Shown here piece by piece: positions 1 through 10,423 of a DNA stretch of 48,549 nt. Within the stretch, counting starts at the first letter, position 1; each line of letters begins with the position of its first letter. The notes below the pieces were generated by a model. It was not told the DNA's origin. It did no database searches and saw nothing but the letters and a program-made list of their open reading frames with translations. The position numbers and the translations under genes were made by a program. The DNA is from an uncultured Candidatus Saccharibacteria bacterium (lineage in GTDB: Bacteria; Patescibacteriota; Minisyncoccia; Phycocordibacterales; UBA12445), in NCBI GenBank assembly GCA_964531375.1, contig CAZHDO010000005.1, forward strand, positions 1 through 48,549, given 5' to 3'.

Positions 1-2
1 CC

Positions 3-56
3 ATCACAGCTGATTACTACACCGCTACTACTACCATTACTGCGGTGATGAATTAA
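3..56 (+). CDS. possible 3' end of an upstream gene (ITADYYTATTTITAVMN*)
   Basis: Open frame from the window edge to TAA at 54-56; Thr-rich; too short to identify. Confidence 0.3.
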   Translation: MTADYYTATTTITAVMN

Positions 57-75
57 TACACAATCAACCAATAGC

Positions 76-193
76 GAAACGCCTCTTCCTGTGGAAGCGG
101 CGTTTCTTATTTACCACTTACACCAAACTACAAGGCAATTTAAACCTAATCGTAAATCAGAAACGTCGTTTCCAAAAAGGGAAACGACGTTTC
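76..193. repeat. composite REP-like element, GAAACG family, copy 1 (two palindromes, ~55-nt spacer)
   Basis: GAAACGCC..GGCGTTTC (76-106) and GAAACGTCGTTTCC..GGAAACGACGTTTC (160-193); aligns with the reverse complement of 15479-15601 including the spacer; a degenerate third palindrome at ~217-249. Confidence 0.85.
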
Positions 194-348
194 GAGGGTG
201 GTTATATGAATAAAGCAAAACCTCGTTTAGGTCGTGTAAGAGATGTTTCTTAAGGTTATATTTAGACATGAAAATTGAACATTTTTAATTTTATGTTATT
301 TAGTTAAAGTGGTTTTATTTCATAAATCCTTTGTTGTATACTACATTA

Positions 349-1806
349 ATGAGTACAAAATTTTATCCTATAATTGGTTTAGAAATTCATGCAGAATTAC
401 ATACAAAAACAAAGATGTTTTGTAATTCAAAGAATGATCCAGATGAGAAAAAGCCAAATGTAAATATTTGTCCTGTTTGTATGGCGCATCCGGGGACTTT
501 GCCGGCAATTAATAAGGAGGCAGTTAAACATGTTCTTCGAGTGGGGAATGCAATTGGAGGTCAAATTGCAAATTTTACTGAATTCGATAGAAAAAATTAC
601 TTTTATCCAGATATTCCGAAGGGTTATCAGATTAGTCAATATAAATACCCGCTCGTTTCTGGGGGTTCGATTAATGGCGTTGCTGTGACAAGGGTCCACC
701 TAGAAGAAGATACTGCTAAATCTTTTCATCGAGAAGGTGCAAGTGAGACCTTAATTGATTTTAATCGTGCTGGTGTGCCTCTTATGGAGCTTGTTACCGA
801 GCCTGTTGTTAAGAGCGCGAAAGAGGCTGGTGATTTTGCAAGAGAGCTTCAACTGATTCTTCGCTATCTTGGTGCATCGGAGGCAAACATGGAAAAGGGT
901 GAGATGCGCGTTGAGGCGAATATTTCAGTAAGCGCGGATCCAAATAAATTTGGCACGAAGGTTGAAGTTAAAAATCTAAATTCATTTAAGGCGGTTGAGA
1001 GAGCTATTGATTATGAAATAAAAAGGCACATAGAATTAATTGAAGACGGAAAAGGGGAGCAGATTGTGCAGGAGACAAGAGGTTGGGACGAATTCAAGCA
1101 AAAAACTATTTCACAAAGAAAAAAGGAAAGTTCTCACGATTACAGATATTTTCCAGATCCTGATCTTCCAAAATTATGGATAAACGAGGTTGAGGAATTT
1201 AAGAATATAAAAAACACCCTACCTGAATTACCAGAACAAAAGCGTGCGAGATTTTTGTCTGAATTTGGTCTTAGGAACGAAGCTGTTGAGATTTTTATAA
1301 ATGAAGTTGCTTTATCGAAGTTTTTTGAGGAAGTAGTAAAAGGAAAAGAAGATAAAGAGTTTATAAAACTCGCTTCAAATTATATTATTTCTGATTTACT
1401 TTTCTTAATGAAGAAGGCTGGTGTAATTGACACGGATGAAATAAATGAAATCAAAGCAGATTCTATTAGAATAAACCCAAAAGATTTTTCAAAACTTATT
1501 GAAATGATAATGAGTGGCGAGCTGTCTTCTCGCGGAGCCAAGGACGTATTGGCAAAAATGTATGAAAACAAGGGTGGAAATCCGGTAGATATCGCTGGAG
1601 AGCTTGGTGTTATTCAGAAGAGTGATGAAGGACAACTAAAGATGTTTGCACAAGAAGTTTTAAATGAAAATCCAGAAATGGCCACGCAATACAAAAACGG
1701 CAAAGTCGTCGTGCTTCAATTCTTGGTTGGCCAAGCGATGAAAAAATCAAAAGGCGCAGGAAATCCAAAATTATTTTTAGATATATTAAAAGAATTATTG
1801 AAATAG
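349..1806 (+). CDS. gatB: Asp/Glu-tRNA amidotransferase subunit B
   Basis: IIGLEIHAEL, CPVC, RKNYFYPD, DFNRAGVPLMELVTEP, DYRYFPDPDL motifs; ATG at 349 preferred over TTG at 331. Confidence 0.97.
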   Translation: MSTKFYPIIGLEIHAELHTKTKMFCNSKNDPDEKKPNVNICPVCMAHPGTLPAINKEAVKHVLRVGNAIGGQIANFTEFDRKNYFYPDIPKGYQISQYKYPLVSGGSINGVAVTRVHLEEDTAKSFHREGASETLIDFNRAGVPLMELVTEPVVKSAKEAGDFARELQLILRYLGASEANMEKGEMRVEANISVSADPNKFGTKVEVKNLNSFKAVERAIDYEIKRHIELIEDGKGEQIVQETRGWDEFKQKTISQRKKESSHDYRYFPDPDLPKLWINEVEEFKNIKNTLPELPEQKRARFLSEFGLRNEAVEIFINEVALSKFFEEVVKGKEDKEFIKLASNYIISDLLFLMKKAGVIDTDEINEIKADSIRINPKDFSKLIEMIMSGELSSRGAKDVLAKMYENKGGNPVDIAGELGVIQKSDEGQLKMFAQEVLNENPEMATQYKNGKVVVLQFLVGQAMKKSKGAGNPKLFLDILKELLK

Positions 1807-1844
1807 TTAAAAATTTTGAAAACTTGCGTAATCTAATCTAAGAC

Positions 1845-2684
1845 ATGACAAAAGAAATAGAAGTATCGGGACCAAACAAAGGATTTGAAGATATAAAACA
1901 TGTTGATGAGAATGGCGTGGAGTTTTGGAACGCCAGAGAACTGATGTTGTCTTTTGGTTATGCTCGCTGGGAGGCTTTTGACGAGGCCATTGCTCGTGCA
2001 GCTCGATCTGCTTTAAATAGTGGTCAGGTTGTCGAAAACCATTTTCGCCATTTGACGAAAATGGTTGATATAGGTTCTAATAGTAAAAGAGCTATTAAGG
2101 ATTGGAAATTGGATAGATATGCTTGTTATCTTATTGCTCAGAACGGTGATTCTTCAAAAACAGAGATAGCTGTAGCTCAAACATACTTTGCTGTTCAGAC
2201 AAGAAAACAAGAGGTTTTTGACAAATTATCAGATATGGAGAAGCGATTGTTTATTCGCGGTGAGGTTTCTAATCAAAATAAAAAACTTTTTCAGACAGCA
2301 AAACAAGCTGGTGTTTCAAATTTTGGGCTTTTTAATGATGCTGGATATAAAGGTCTTTATGGAGCTTCTCTTTCTGATACTGAGACTGGAAAAGGTATAA
2401 AGAAGGGAGAACTTCTTGATAGGGCTGGTTCTACGGAACTTGCTGCAAATTTATTTCGTATTACTCAGACTGATGAAAAATTAAAGAAAGATAAAATTAG
2501 AAGTAATAACGAAGCCAAAAGAACTCATTTTATGGTTGGTGGAAAAGTAAGACAAACAATAAAAGACATAGGAGGAGAATTGCCAGAAAATTTACTACCG
2601 GAAAGGCACATAAAAGAAGTCAAGAAGGTAATTAAAAAAATTGGAAGATCGTCGGGGAAGAGTTTCTTAACCGACAAGAAATAG
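1845..2684 (+). CDS. dinD: DNA damage-inducible protein D (Bro-N domain)
   Basis: EFWNAREL, LDRYACYLIAQNGD, AQTYFAVQTRKQE, ELAANLFRITQTDEKL. Confidence 0.9.
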   Translation: MTKEIEVSGPNKGFEDIKHVDENGVEFWNARELMLSFGYARWEAFDEAIARAARSALNSGQVVENHFRHLTKMVDIGSNSKRAIKDWKLDRYACYLIAQNGDSSKTEIAVAQTYFAVQTRKQEVFDKLSDMEKRLFIRGEVSNQNKKLFQTAKQAGVSNFGLFNDAGYKGLYGASLSDTETGKGIKKGELLDRAGSTELAANLFRITQTDEKLKKDKIRSNNEAKRTHFMVGGKVRQTIKDIGGELPENLLPERHIKEVKKVIKKIGRSSGKSFLTDKK

Positions 2685-2722
2685 ATATCTTGAAAGATTT
2701 ATTAAAATAATCATTTAAGCCT

Positions 2723-3175
2723 ATGAAAATTTTTATTGCCTCAGATCATGCTGGTTTTAATCTAAAGGAGGTGTTGGTGAAATACTTGGAAAAGTTAGAT
2801 TATGAAGTGATCGATAAAGGTCCGGAGGTTTTGGACTTAAATGATGATTATCCTGATTTTATTTCTTTGGTTGCCAAGGAGGTTTCAAATAATCCAAAAG
2901 TAAAAGGAATTGTTATTGGAGGGTCTGGACAGGGTGAAGCGATGGTGGCTAATAGATTTCCGGGCGTGCGGGCTTCGGTTTATTACGGTGGCGCAATTGG
3001 TATGATAAGAACGACAAGGGAGCATAATGACTCAAATATTTTGTCGCTTGGTGCAAGATTTTTGATTGATGAGGATGCGAAGGAAGCGGTGAAGCTTTGG
3101 CTTGATACGCCCTTTGGTAGTGATGAGCGGCATATTTCAAGAATTAGAAAAATAGAAAGTTATCCGCTAAAATAA
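2723..3175 (+). CDS. rpiB: RpiB/LacA/LacB family sugar-phosphate isomerase
   Basis: IASDHAGF, DYPD, GGSGQGE, REHNDSNILSLGAR, RH..RI. Confidence 0.93.
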   Translation: MKIFIASDHAGFNLKEVLVKYLEKLDYEVIDKGPEVLDLNDDYPDFISLVAKEVSNNPKVKGIVIGGSGQGEAMVANRFPGVRASVYYGGAIGMIRTTREHNDSNILSLGARFLIDEDAKEAVKLWLDTPFGSDERHISRIRKIESYPLK

Positions 3176-3181
3176 ATTTTT

Positions 3182-3841
3182 ATGGAAATAATTCCTGCGA
3201 TAATTGGTAAAAATATCGTCGAGATTAAGGATAAGATTGATAAGATAAAAGGCCAAACAAAATGGATTCAGATTGATGTAATGGATGGTAATTTTGTTCC
3301 AACCAGAAGCTGGCCATATACTACTGGCGATATCGAAGAGCTCGCTTTAGTAGATTCAATTAGAAAAGATGACACAAAGCTTGAGGTTCATTTAATGGTA
3401 GAAAATCCAGAATATGTTTTAGAAGACTGGATAAGTTTTGGAGCAGATAGAATAATTTTTCACTACGAGGCTACTTCAAATATAAAGGAGATAATCGAGA
3501 CTCTGGAGGACGAGGAGATAGAATGTGGTATCGCTTTGAAAATGGATACAGATGTATGTGTGCTAGATGATTTTCTCGGTGATTTTGATTTAATTCAGCT
3601 TATGAGTATCGATGAAATCGGTAGTTATGGAAAAGAATTTCAGGAATCTGTAATTGAGAAAATTATACAACTAAAAGAAACCCATCCAGGAATAAGAATA
3701 AGTGTTGACGGGGGAGTGAGTCTTGAAAATGCGCAAGAATTGATAGATGTAGGGGCAGAAAATCTTGTTGTAGGTTCTGCAATCTTTAATTCAGAAGATA
3801 TTCCAAAAACAATTTTAAAATTTAAAAAAATAATTAGTTAG
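3182..3841 (+). CDS. rpe: ribulose-phosphate 3-epimerase
   Basis: IDVMDGNFVP, EVHLMV, FHYEA, VDGGV, VVGSAIF; follows rpiB. Confidence 0.93.
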   Translation: MEIIPAIIGKNIVEIKDKIDKIKGQTKWIQIDVMDGNFVPTRSWPYTTGDIEELALVDSIRKDDTKLEVHLMVENPEYVLEDWISFGADRIIFHYEATSNIKEIIETLEDEEIECGIALKMDTDVCVLDDFLGDFDLIQLMSIDEIGSYGKEFQESVIEKIIQLKETHPGIRISVDGGVSLENAQELIDVGAENLVVGSAIFNSEDIPKTILKFKKIIS

Positions 3842-3849
3842 TATTCTTT

Positions 3850-3989
3850 TGTCATTGCGAGCTTTGGGCGAAGCAATCCAGGCCTAGTTGTTTTTAATCC
3901 TGGATGCGACATTGTTTACTTATGAGCGAGAGCGAATTAGTAAACAAGAAGTGACCTTGTGTCGCCACGGGCTTTGCCCTCGCAATGAC
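3850..3989. repeat. GTCATTGCGAG-type palindromic repeat with nested insertion
   Basis: GTCATTGCGAG..GAAGCAATCCAGG / CCTGGAT..CTCGCAATGAC arms; extra hairpin at 3906-3965. Confidence 0.85.
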
Positions 3990-4025
3990 GTAATTATTAT
4001 CAACTTTTAATTTACAGATTAATTT

Positions 4026-5315
4026 ATGAAAATATTTCTATACGACGAATTTAGTCCTCAAGATATTGCAATGATGCAGGCTCTTTATTCTAGGAGTCCA
4101 TTAAGTGTCGAAACTCATATTAAGAAGGTTAAAGAATCTGGTTCTGGTAAGTTTATGGAAAGGTTTTATGTTGGATATGGCCACGCAAGTATTGCTGACT
4201 GTGGAAGTACTACTTTGTTCATTGAGGGAGTGAGTATGCTCGCTGCGAAAGCGATAGAGGATTGGCCTTTGTTCTCTGGTCAGGAATCAAGCTCTAGATA
4301 TATAGATTACGGAAGTCAGCCTATTGTCGACCCTGTTGGTTCGAAGCAGTCCGCTTTGGTTTTAAATAATTGGCTTGAGTTTTATAAAAAATCGCAGGCG
4401 AAGGTTGAAGAACATTTGATGGGTAAATACCCTAAAAAAGAGGGTGAAGATGAAGTAATGTATGGCAAGGCAATAAAGGCCAGAGCCTTTGATATTTTGA
4501 GAGGTTTTCTTCCTGCTGGAGTTTCAACACAGCTTTCTTGGCATACTAACTTAAGGCAGGCTTATGACAAAATTTCATCTCTTAAACACCATCCATTGGT
4601 TGAAGTTAGAGAACTCGCAAATTCCATTCACAACAAATTAAGAGAAAAGTATCCGCAAAGCTTCGGACATATCGAGCCTGAAGAAAAAGAAAATTATAGA
4701 GAATTTTTAGGAGATAAATATACTTATTTCTTTGAGGATTATAAGAAAGATTTTTCCGCCAAAACGACGATAAAAGAATCTGATCTTAATAAATTTAAAG
4801 ATGTCACAAATAAGCGCCCAGAGAGGATAGGTTTCCCACAATTTCTAGCTGAGCTCGGAAGTGTTAACTTTAATTTCTTATTAGATTTTGGTTCATTTAG
4901 GGATATCCAAAGACACCGAAACGGAGTTTGTAGAATGCCATTGCTTACTTCAAAATTAGGTTTTAATGAATGGTATTTAGATCAGTTACCCAGTGATATA
5001 CAAAAAGAAGCCAAGGTGCTTTTAAAAGAACAAATTAAGGCGATTAAAGAATTGAAGGTCGAAAAAGAAGTTGCCCAATATTATCTCGCAATGGGATTCA
5101 ATGTAAGTTGCAAAGTTACCTACGGCCTGCCAGCCGCTGCATACGTCATAGAACTCCGCTCAGGAAGAACAGTTCACCCAACACTCAGAATCGTCGCCCA
5201 TAAAATGCACAAAGCAATGTTAAAATTATTTCCTAAATTAAAACTTCACTCCGACCTCTCTCTCGACGATTGGGACGTAAGAAGGGGACTGCATGACATT
5301 AAACAGGTTAAATAG
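4026..5315 (+). CDS. thyX: FAD-dependent thymidylate synthase, tandem-domain form
   Basis: FYVGYGHASIAD, QESSSRY, FDILRGFLP, DFGSFRDIQRHR, IELRS..VHP. Confidence 0.88.
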   Translation: MKIFLYDEFSPQDIAMMQALYSRSPLSVETHIKKVKESGSGKFMERFYVGYGHASIADCGSTTLFIEGVSMLAAKAIEDWPLFSGQESSSRYIDYGSQPIVDPVGSKQSALVLNNWLEFYKKSQAKVEEHLMGKYPKKEGEDEVMYGKAIKARAFDILRGFLPAGVSTQLSWHTNLRQAYDKISSLKHHPLVEVRELANSIHNKLREKYPQSFGHIEPEEKENYREFLGDKYTYFFEDYKKDFSAKTTIKESDLNKFKDVTNKRPERIGFPQFLAELGSVNFNFLLDFGSFRDIQRHRNGVCRMPLLTSKLGFNEWYLDQLPSDIQKEAKVLLKEQIKAIKELKVEKEVAQYYLAMGFNVSCKVTYGLPAAAYVIELRSGRTVHPTLRIVAHKMHKAMLKLFPKLKLHSDLSLDDWDVRRGLHDIKQVK

Positions 5316-5384
5316 GGTGGTTTAAGTCAAAAAAACGCTTACTTTGCAAGTTTTTGTCGACAGAGCGTTTTAAAAGTAAAATAC

Positions 5385-5413
5385 TTGACAAATGTGTTAT
5401 GTTGTGCTAAACT
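5385..5413 (+). promoter_or_regulatory. sigma70-type promoter
   Basis: TTGACA-17 nt-TAAACT with extended TG; AGGAG before ATG 5459. Confidence 0.75.
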
Positions 5414-5458
5414 ACAAAAATAGTAAGTTTTTTAAAAATTGAAACACAGGAGAACGTT

Positions 5459-5977
5459 ATGACTTCTTTTATGTACCAATTACCTTGCCCTAAGTTGACT
5501 TTGATTCTAAAGAGCCCACTCCTAAAAGAGCCTCTTTTGGATGTTCCCGAGGAATTGAATAATTTTGACCTTGCTGTTGATTATTCGATTAGCCTTGAGC
5601 AGATGGTTGCTCTTGGACGATTCGACTGGACTAACGAAAAAATTATCGAAAATTTTGAAAAATCTGGTACTGGTAATGTAACGTTGTCTGCTAAAATTTT
5701 TCGGATTAATTGCAGACTTTCGACCGAAGGTGTGGTTGTAGAAATGGGAAAAGAAGGACTTCGTCCCGCAACCCTTATGGAGATTATCGCTTTTGGTGTT
5801 AATTATCCAGAGGTTCAGCGATGTTTTTCCATTATGGCACTGGGTTCCTATTGTAAGATTAGCGGCTATTGCTACGTGCCTTACTTGTGTGAGTTGTATG
5901 GTGAAAGAAATCTCAACCTTAGTTGTAGTGATGGTGGATGGAACGAGGGTTGTCATTTCCTCGCCATACGTACGTAA
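5459..5977 (+). CDS. hypothetical protein, DGR-target (CLec-like) type C-terminus
   Basis: Promoter, SD and terminator present; LRPATL.E motif and C-terminal YVPYL..RNLNL..W..CHFLAIR. Confidence 0.7.
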   Translation: MTSFMYQLPCPKLTLILKSPLLKEPLLDVPEELNNFDLAVDYSISLEQMVALGRFDWTNEKIIENFEKSGTGNVTLSAKIFRINCRLSTEGVVVEMGKEGLRPATLMEIIAFGVNYPEVQRCFSIMALGSYCKISGYCYVPYLCELYGERNLNLSCSDGGWNEGCHFLAIRT

Positions 5978-6019
5978 CTTTTTTATTCTTTTGTCTTTGG
6001 CTTTGGTCTTTGGACTACG

Positions 6020-6049
6020 CCCCGTGATTTTTATCGCGGGGATTTTTTT
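6020..6049 (+). terminator. intrinsic terminator
   Basis: CCCCGTGAT..ATCGCGGGG stem followed by T run. Confidence 0.7.
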
Positions 6050-6195
6050 ATGTAAAATTATTTTCGTTTATTCTTTTTTGTATCCGCTTGAATATCAACG
6101 CTGTTGTTTGGCAAAACAACATAATGCTTATATGGTGAACAGTAAGTAAGTTCTTTTAGAATACAAAAAATCAAAAAACAAAAGGAGTTGCACTT

Positions 6196-6774
6196 ATGGC
6201 CAAACGTCCGCGTGGTAGTGTTTGTCAGAGGGTTCCACCAAGAATTGTGACAGATTTTAAGGGCTTTCTTTCGGATTTTATTCAGAGTGAACTTTCTGAG
6301 TCCTTGAAAAAATTTGATGTTGGTTTTTTAAAATATATCGAACAGAGTAAAAATCATCGGCGTACAGGAAATTCTGTAGTAAATACAAATATCACTCCGT
6401 TTATTCCCGATGGATTGGAGCTTGTCAATCATTCTAAAATGGGAGATATTTCTTGGGATCCACTGAAATTTTCCCTCTACGTCTCGGAAAAACAGCGAGG
6501 ATGGCATATTAAAGGAGATGAGCTTCGCAAGGAGCTCGGGAGTAGGACAGTAGCAAATGCATGCATCCTTGACCACCTTCTTATGAACCTTCACCTTATT
6601 CCAGAAGAATGGAAGGGTTTTGTTATTTGTTTCTGGGCTACAATTTATCGTTCAGAAGGCAACCTTTGTGTACGTAATCTTTATTGGAACAACGGTAGAT
6701 GGGGTCAGGATTACGAACAGATAGATACCGATTGGGGCGCCGATGAACTCGCTCTTGTTCTAAATGATATTTAG
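6196..6774 (+). CDS. hypothetical protein, DGR-target-like C-terminus
   Basis: TTGGCA-17-TATGGT (6108-6136), AAGGAG SD, terminator ~6803-6834; LIPEEWKG..FWATIYR..CVRNLYW..W. Confidence 0.7.
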   Translation: MAKRPRGSVCQRVPPRIVTDFKGFLSDFIQSELSESLKKFDVGFLKYIEQSKNHRRTGNSVVNTNITPFIPDGLELVNHSKMGDISWDPLKFSLYVSEKQRGWHIKGDELRKELGSRTVANACILDHLLMNLHLIPEEWKGFVICFWATIYRSEGNLCVRNLYWNNGRWGQDYEQIDTDWGADELALVLNDI

Positions 6775-6914
6775 TTTCTTGAATCAATTTCGTCTACCAA
6801 TTTCCCACTTTCTCTCGAAGGTGGGGATTTTTTTATTTAAAATAATTTTCTTTTATTCTTGATTTTGTATATTATGTAGGACAAGGATTGATTAGAAGTT
6901 TTATATATTTTTTT

Positions 6915-6992
6915 CGTCATTGCGAACTTCAAGTGAAGCAATCCAGGTCTAATTGTATTAAATTCTGGATTGCTTCGTGCCTCGCAATGACG
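6915..6992. repeat. CGTCATTGCGA-type palindromic repeat
   Basis: CGTCATTGCGA..GAAGCAATCCAG / CTGGATTGCTTC..TCGCAATGACG inverted arms. Confidence 0.88.
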
Positions 6993-7016
6993 TGTAGGTT
7001 TTAAACAAAATTAAAC

Positions 7017-8195
7017 ATGAAAGATAAACAAATTGAGAAGTTGATGAAGGAGGAGAAGGCTAGGCAGAAGAAAACTATTTCTTTGATTGCTTCAGAGAAT
7101 TATGTTTCGGCGGATGTACTTAAGGCGCTTGGATCGGAATTTACAAATAAATATTCAGAAGGTTATCCGGGCAAAAGATATTATGGTGGGCAGACTTATA
7201 CCGATAAACTTGAATTACTTTGTCAAGAGCGCGCTTTGAAACTTTTTAATTTGTCTCCAGAGAAGTGGAGTGTGAATGTCCAGCCTCTTTCTGGTTCACC
7301 AGCAAATCTCGCTGTTTATCTTGGTCTTATTCCGCTCGGGGGAAAAATAATGGGAATGACGCTTGATAATGGTGGACATCTCACTCACGGACATAAAGTT
7401 TCAATGACAGGTAAGGCTTGGGTGCAAATACCATATGGAGTAAATAAAGAGACTGAGGTTTTGGACTACGAAGAAATAAAGAAAATTGCACTCGAGAATA
7501 AGCCAAATATTATTGTTGCTGGTTATACTGCCTATCCGAGAGCTGTTGATTTTAAAAAATTTAGACAAATCGCCGATGAGTGTGGCGCGATACTTATGGT
7601 GGATATGTCGCACTTTGCGGGTCTTGTCGCTGGCGGCGCTTATGCTAGTCCGTTTGAATACGCTGATATTGTGACGACGACTACCCACAAGACTCTTCGC
7701 GGACCACGAGGCGCGATGATTTTTTCAAAGAAAGATGCACGCGATTTTTCTAAGCTTATCGATAAAGCGGTTTTTCCCGGACTACAGGGCGGGCCACACA
7801 TGAATCAAGTTGCATCTGTTGCTGTGGCGCTAAAAGAAGCAGATTCTGGAGCTTTCAAAAAATATGCAAATCAGGTTGTAAAAAATGCGAAAGTTCTAGC
7901 GGACGAGCTCGCTAAATTAGGCTGGAGAATTGTCTCTGGTGGAACAGATAGTCATTTGATACTTATGGACACTTGGATGAGTGGTAAGGGGATAAGCGGT
8001 GCTGAGGCGAGTGATAGACTTGAAAAAGAAGGAATTATCGTAAACAAAAACACAATCCCCGGCGAAACCCGTTCCCCATTCGATCCTTCAGGAATTCGTC
8101 TTGGAACCGCTGGCGAAACCACCCGAGGCGCTAAAGAAAAAGATATGGTGAAAATTGCAAAGAGAATAGATAAGATTCTTAAGGCTGGCAAATAA
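7017..8195 (+). CDS. glyA: serine hydroxymethyltransferase
   Basis: LIASEN, NKYSEGYPGKRYYGG, GGHLTHG, PLP-lysine motif TTTTHKTLRGPRG. Confidence 0.98.
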   Translation: MKDKQIEKLMKEEKARQKKTISLIASENYVSADVLKALGSEFTNKYSEGYPGKRYYGGQTYTDKLELLCQERALKLFNLSPEKWSVNVQPLSGSPANLAVYLGLIPLGGKIMGMTLDNGGHLTHGHKVSMTGKAWVQIPYGVNKETEVLDYEEIKKIALENKPNIIVAGYTAYPRAVDFKKFRQIADECGAILMVDMSHFAGLVAGGAYASPFEYADIVTTTTHKTLRGPRGAMIFSKKDARDFSKLIDKAVFPGLQGGPHMNQVASVAVALKEADSGAFKKYANQVVKNAKVLADELAKLGWRIVSGGTDSHLILMDTWMSGKGISGAEASDRLEKEGIIVNKNTIPGETRSPFDPSGIRLGTAGETTRGAKEKDMVKIAKRIDKILKAGK

Positions 8196-8240
8196 TTTTT
8201 AGTGTTGATTTTTAATCGTGAATATGTATAATACAAGACT

Positions 8241-8915
8241 ATGTTAACTTTATCTGCAAAAAAGAGAGAAATATTTGGTAAGAAGGTTAAACCAGGCAGA
8301 GATGACGGTATAATCCCCGTTGTTGTCTATGGACCAGGCGAACCTACTACACACTTTTCGGTCAAATTAAATGACTTTATAAAAGTTTGGAAAAAGGCCG
8401 GAGAAACATCTGTTATTAAATTAGATACTGATGCTGGCGAGAAGAATGTTCTTATTCAGGACGTTGCTGTTCATACAATCAGCGGTACTCCTATTCACAT
8501 CGACTTTTACGCTGTTAAGAAAGGTATGTTGGTTAAAGTTAGAATTCCAATCAGATTCGAGGGTGATGCTCCTGCTATCAAGACTTACGGTGGAATCTTG
8601 GTGAAGGTTATGCACAATATCGAAGTTGAAGCTGCTTCTGAAAATCTTCCACACGAGATTGTTGTAAACGTATCTTCATTGGCTACACTTTCAGACAGAA
8701 TTGCTGTTAAGAATGTAAAACTTGGTGAGGGTGTAAAAGCCACTACTTCAGGAGATGAAGTTATTGCGCTTGTATCAGCTGCAAACGAAGTAGAAGAGGA
8801 GAAAGCTGCTGAAGCCACTGACTTAACTAAGATTGAAGTTGAAAAGAAGGGTAAAAAGCCAGCAGAAGGCGAAGAAGCTATTCCTGCTCCAGCAAAGAAA
8901 GAAGCAAAGAAATAA
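8241..8915 (+). CDS. rplY: 50S ribosomal protein L25 (long, Ctc-type)
   Basis: IPVVVYG, HIDFY, V.VRIPI, GGIL, LPHEI.V. Confidence 0.93.
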   Translation: MLTLSAKKREIFGKKVKPGRDDGIIPVVVYGPGEPTTHFSVKLNDFIKVWKKAGETSVIKLDTDAGEKNVLIQDVAVHTISGTPIHIDFYAVKKGMLVKVRIPIRFEGDAPAIKTYGGILVKVMHNIEVEAASENLPHEIVVNVSSLATLSDRIAVKNVKLGEGVKATTSGDEVIALVSAANEVEEEKAAEATDLTKIEVEKKGKKPAEGEEAIPAPAKKEAKK

Positions 8916-8929
8916 AAATAATTTTACAG

Positions 8930-8949
8930 AAACCCCGAAAGGGGTTTTT
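8930..8949 (+). terminator. intrinsic terminator of rplY
   Basis: AAACCCC-GAAA-GGGGTTTTT. Confidence 0.85.
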
Positions 8950-9002
8950 GTTTTGTGGTATTTGGATTTTAGATTAATCTTCGGTTATACTGAAGAGAAC
9001 TT

Positions 9003-10388
9003 ATGAAATTTAGTTTTAGAAAAAAATTTATTTTATTAATTTTGTTTGTTGTTTTAATTGGTCCGTTTTATGTTCGTGCAGAAGGTTCTGATATTACTTG
9101 TGATACGGTTAATGAGAATGAAAGACCTGAAATTTTGGATATTAAATATAAGAAATGTCAGGAGGAGATTGTCTTGCATCAGAAATTAATTTCAGAGAAA
9201 GAGAAGGAAGCTGCGAGCTTGCAAAGAGATATAAATATTATTACAGCAAGAGCTCAGAAATCTAGTTCAGAAATTAATGCGAGAAATATTTCTATATTAA
9301 ACCTTGCGCGCGAGATTGATAAGAAAAATCAAAACATTCAGCTAATGGAGGATAAAGTGGATAACATTAAAACGTCCACTTCTGAACTTATAAGAAAAAC
9401 GGTTGATCTTGAATCGGCGACACTTCCGGAGGTGATTTTGGATAACAGAAATCTTTCTGACTTTTTTATCGATCTTGGAACTTTTGAGTCAATTGAAACA
9501 TCCCTCAAGGATACAATGAACAAACTAAAGGATTTAAAATCAGAAGAGGAAGCCCAGAAGTTGGAATTAGCTGAAAAGCAACAAAAGGAGAGGGGGATGA
9601 AGTCTCTTCAAGAAATCGAAAAAAGAAAACTTGATCTCACTGAAGCTGAGAAAAACAGAATACTAAAAGAGACAAAAGGTGAGGAGATAAAATACAAAGC
9701 CATTCTTACAGAAAAGCAGGCTCTGATTAGCAAGATTACGAATATGATACTTAAGATTGTTGGTGGTGGAGAACTTAAGTTTGTTGATGCTCTTAAGCTT
9801 GTGAGGGTTGCTGAGCAGGCAATAGGTATCAGAGCTGCTTTTGTGCTAGCTGTTTTGACTCAGGAGTCCGGAATGAACGGTGCAATAGGTGTAAACTTGG
9901 GTAAGTGTTTTTATAATACAAAATGGAGCAACAGAAGTGGTACTGTAATGAGTGATGCTCAAAAACCATCTTTTCTTGCCTTGCTTGCTGAACTAGGTAG
10001 AAATCCAAATTTAACAACAGTTTCCTGTCCAATATCGAAAGATGGTGATTATGGTGGAGCTATGGGTCCTTCTCAATTTATGCCTACGACTTGGTGGGAT
10101 AAAGATAATTTAACTGGGTACAAGAAAAGAGTAGAAAAAATCACGGGAAATGTTCCTGCGTCCCCATTTAATAATATAGACGCATTCACCGCGACAGCTT
10201 TATATCTAAATGATGCATTAGATGGTTGTGAGGGTATGTATGGTACTAAATATAAGCAAGAAAGCTGTGCCGCCGCTAAATATTATGCTGGAGGTAATTG
10301 GAAAAAACACATTAGTGGTTATGGTGCAAAAGTTGCCAACAGGGCTGTTGAATTCCAGAAAGATATTGATGTTCTTGACTCAGAGTAG
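9003..10388 (+). CDS. secreted coiled-coil protein with C-terminal lytic transglycosylase-like domain
   Basis: Signal peptide, long coiled coil, AVLTQES catalytic Glu, GAMGPSQFMPTTW. Confidence 0.8.
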   Translation: MKFSFRKKFILLILFVVLIGPFYVRAEGSDITCDTVNENERPEILDIKYKKCQEEIVLHQKLISEKEKEAASLQRDINIITARAQKSSSEINARNISILNLAREIDKKNQNIQLMEDKVDNIKTSTSELIRKTVDLESATLPEVILDNRNLSDFFIDLGTFESIETSLKDTMNKLKDLKSEEEAQKLELAEKQQKERGMKSLQEIEKRKLDLTEAEKNRILKETKGEEIKYKAILTEKQALISKITNMILKIVGGGELKFVDALKLVRVAEQAIGIRAAFVLAVLTQESGMNGAIGVNLGKCFYNTKWSNRSGTVMSDAQKPSFLALLAELGRNPNLTTVSCPISKDGDYGGAMGPSQFMPTTWWDKDNLTGYKKRVEKITGNVPASPFNNIDAFTATALYLNDALDGCEGMYGTKYKQESCAAAKYYAGGNWKKHISGYGAKVANRAVEFQKDIDVLDSE

Positions 10389-10423
10389 TTTCTTTGGTAT
10401 CTTAGGTCATTAAGAAAAAACAT

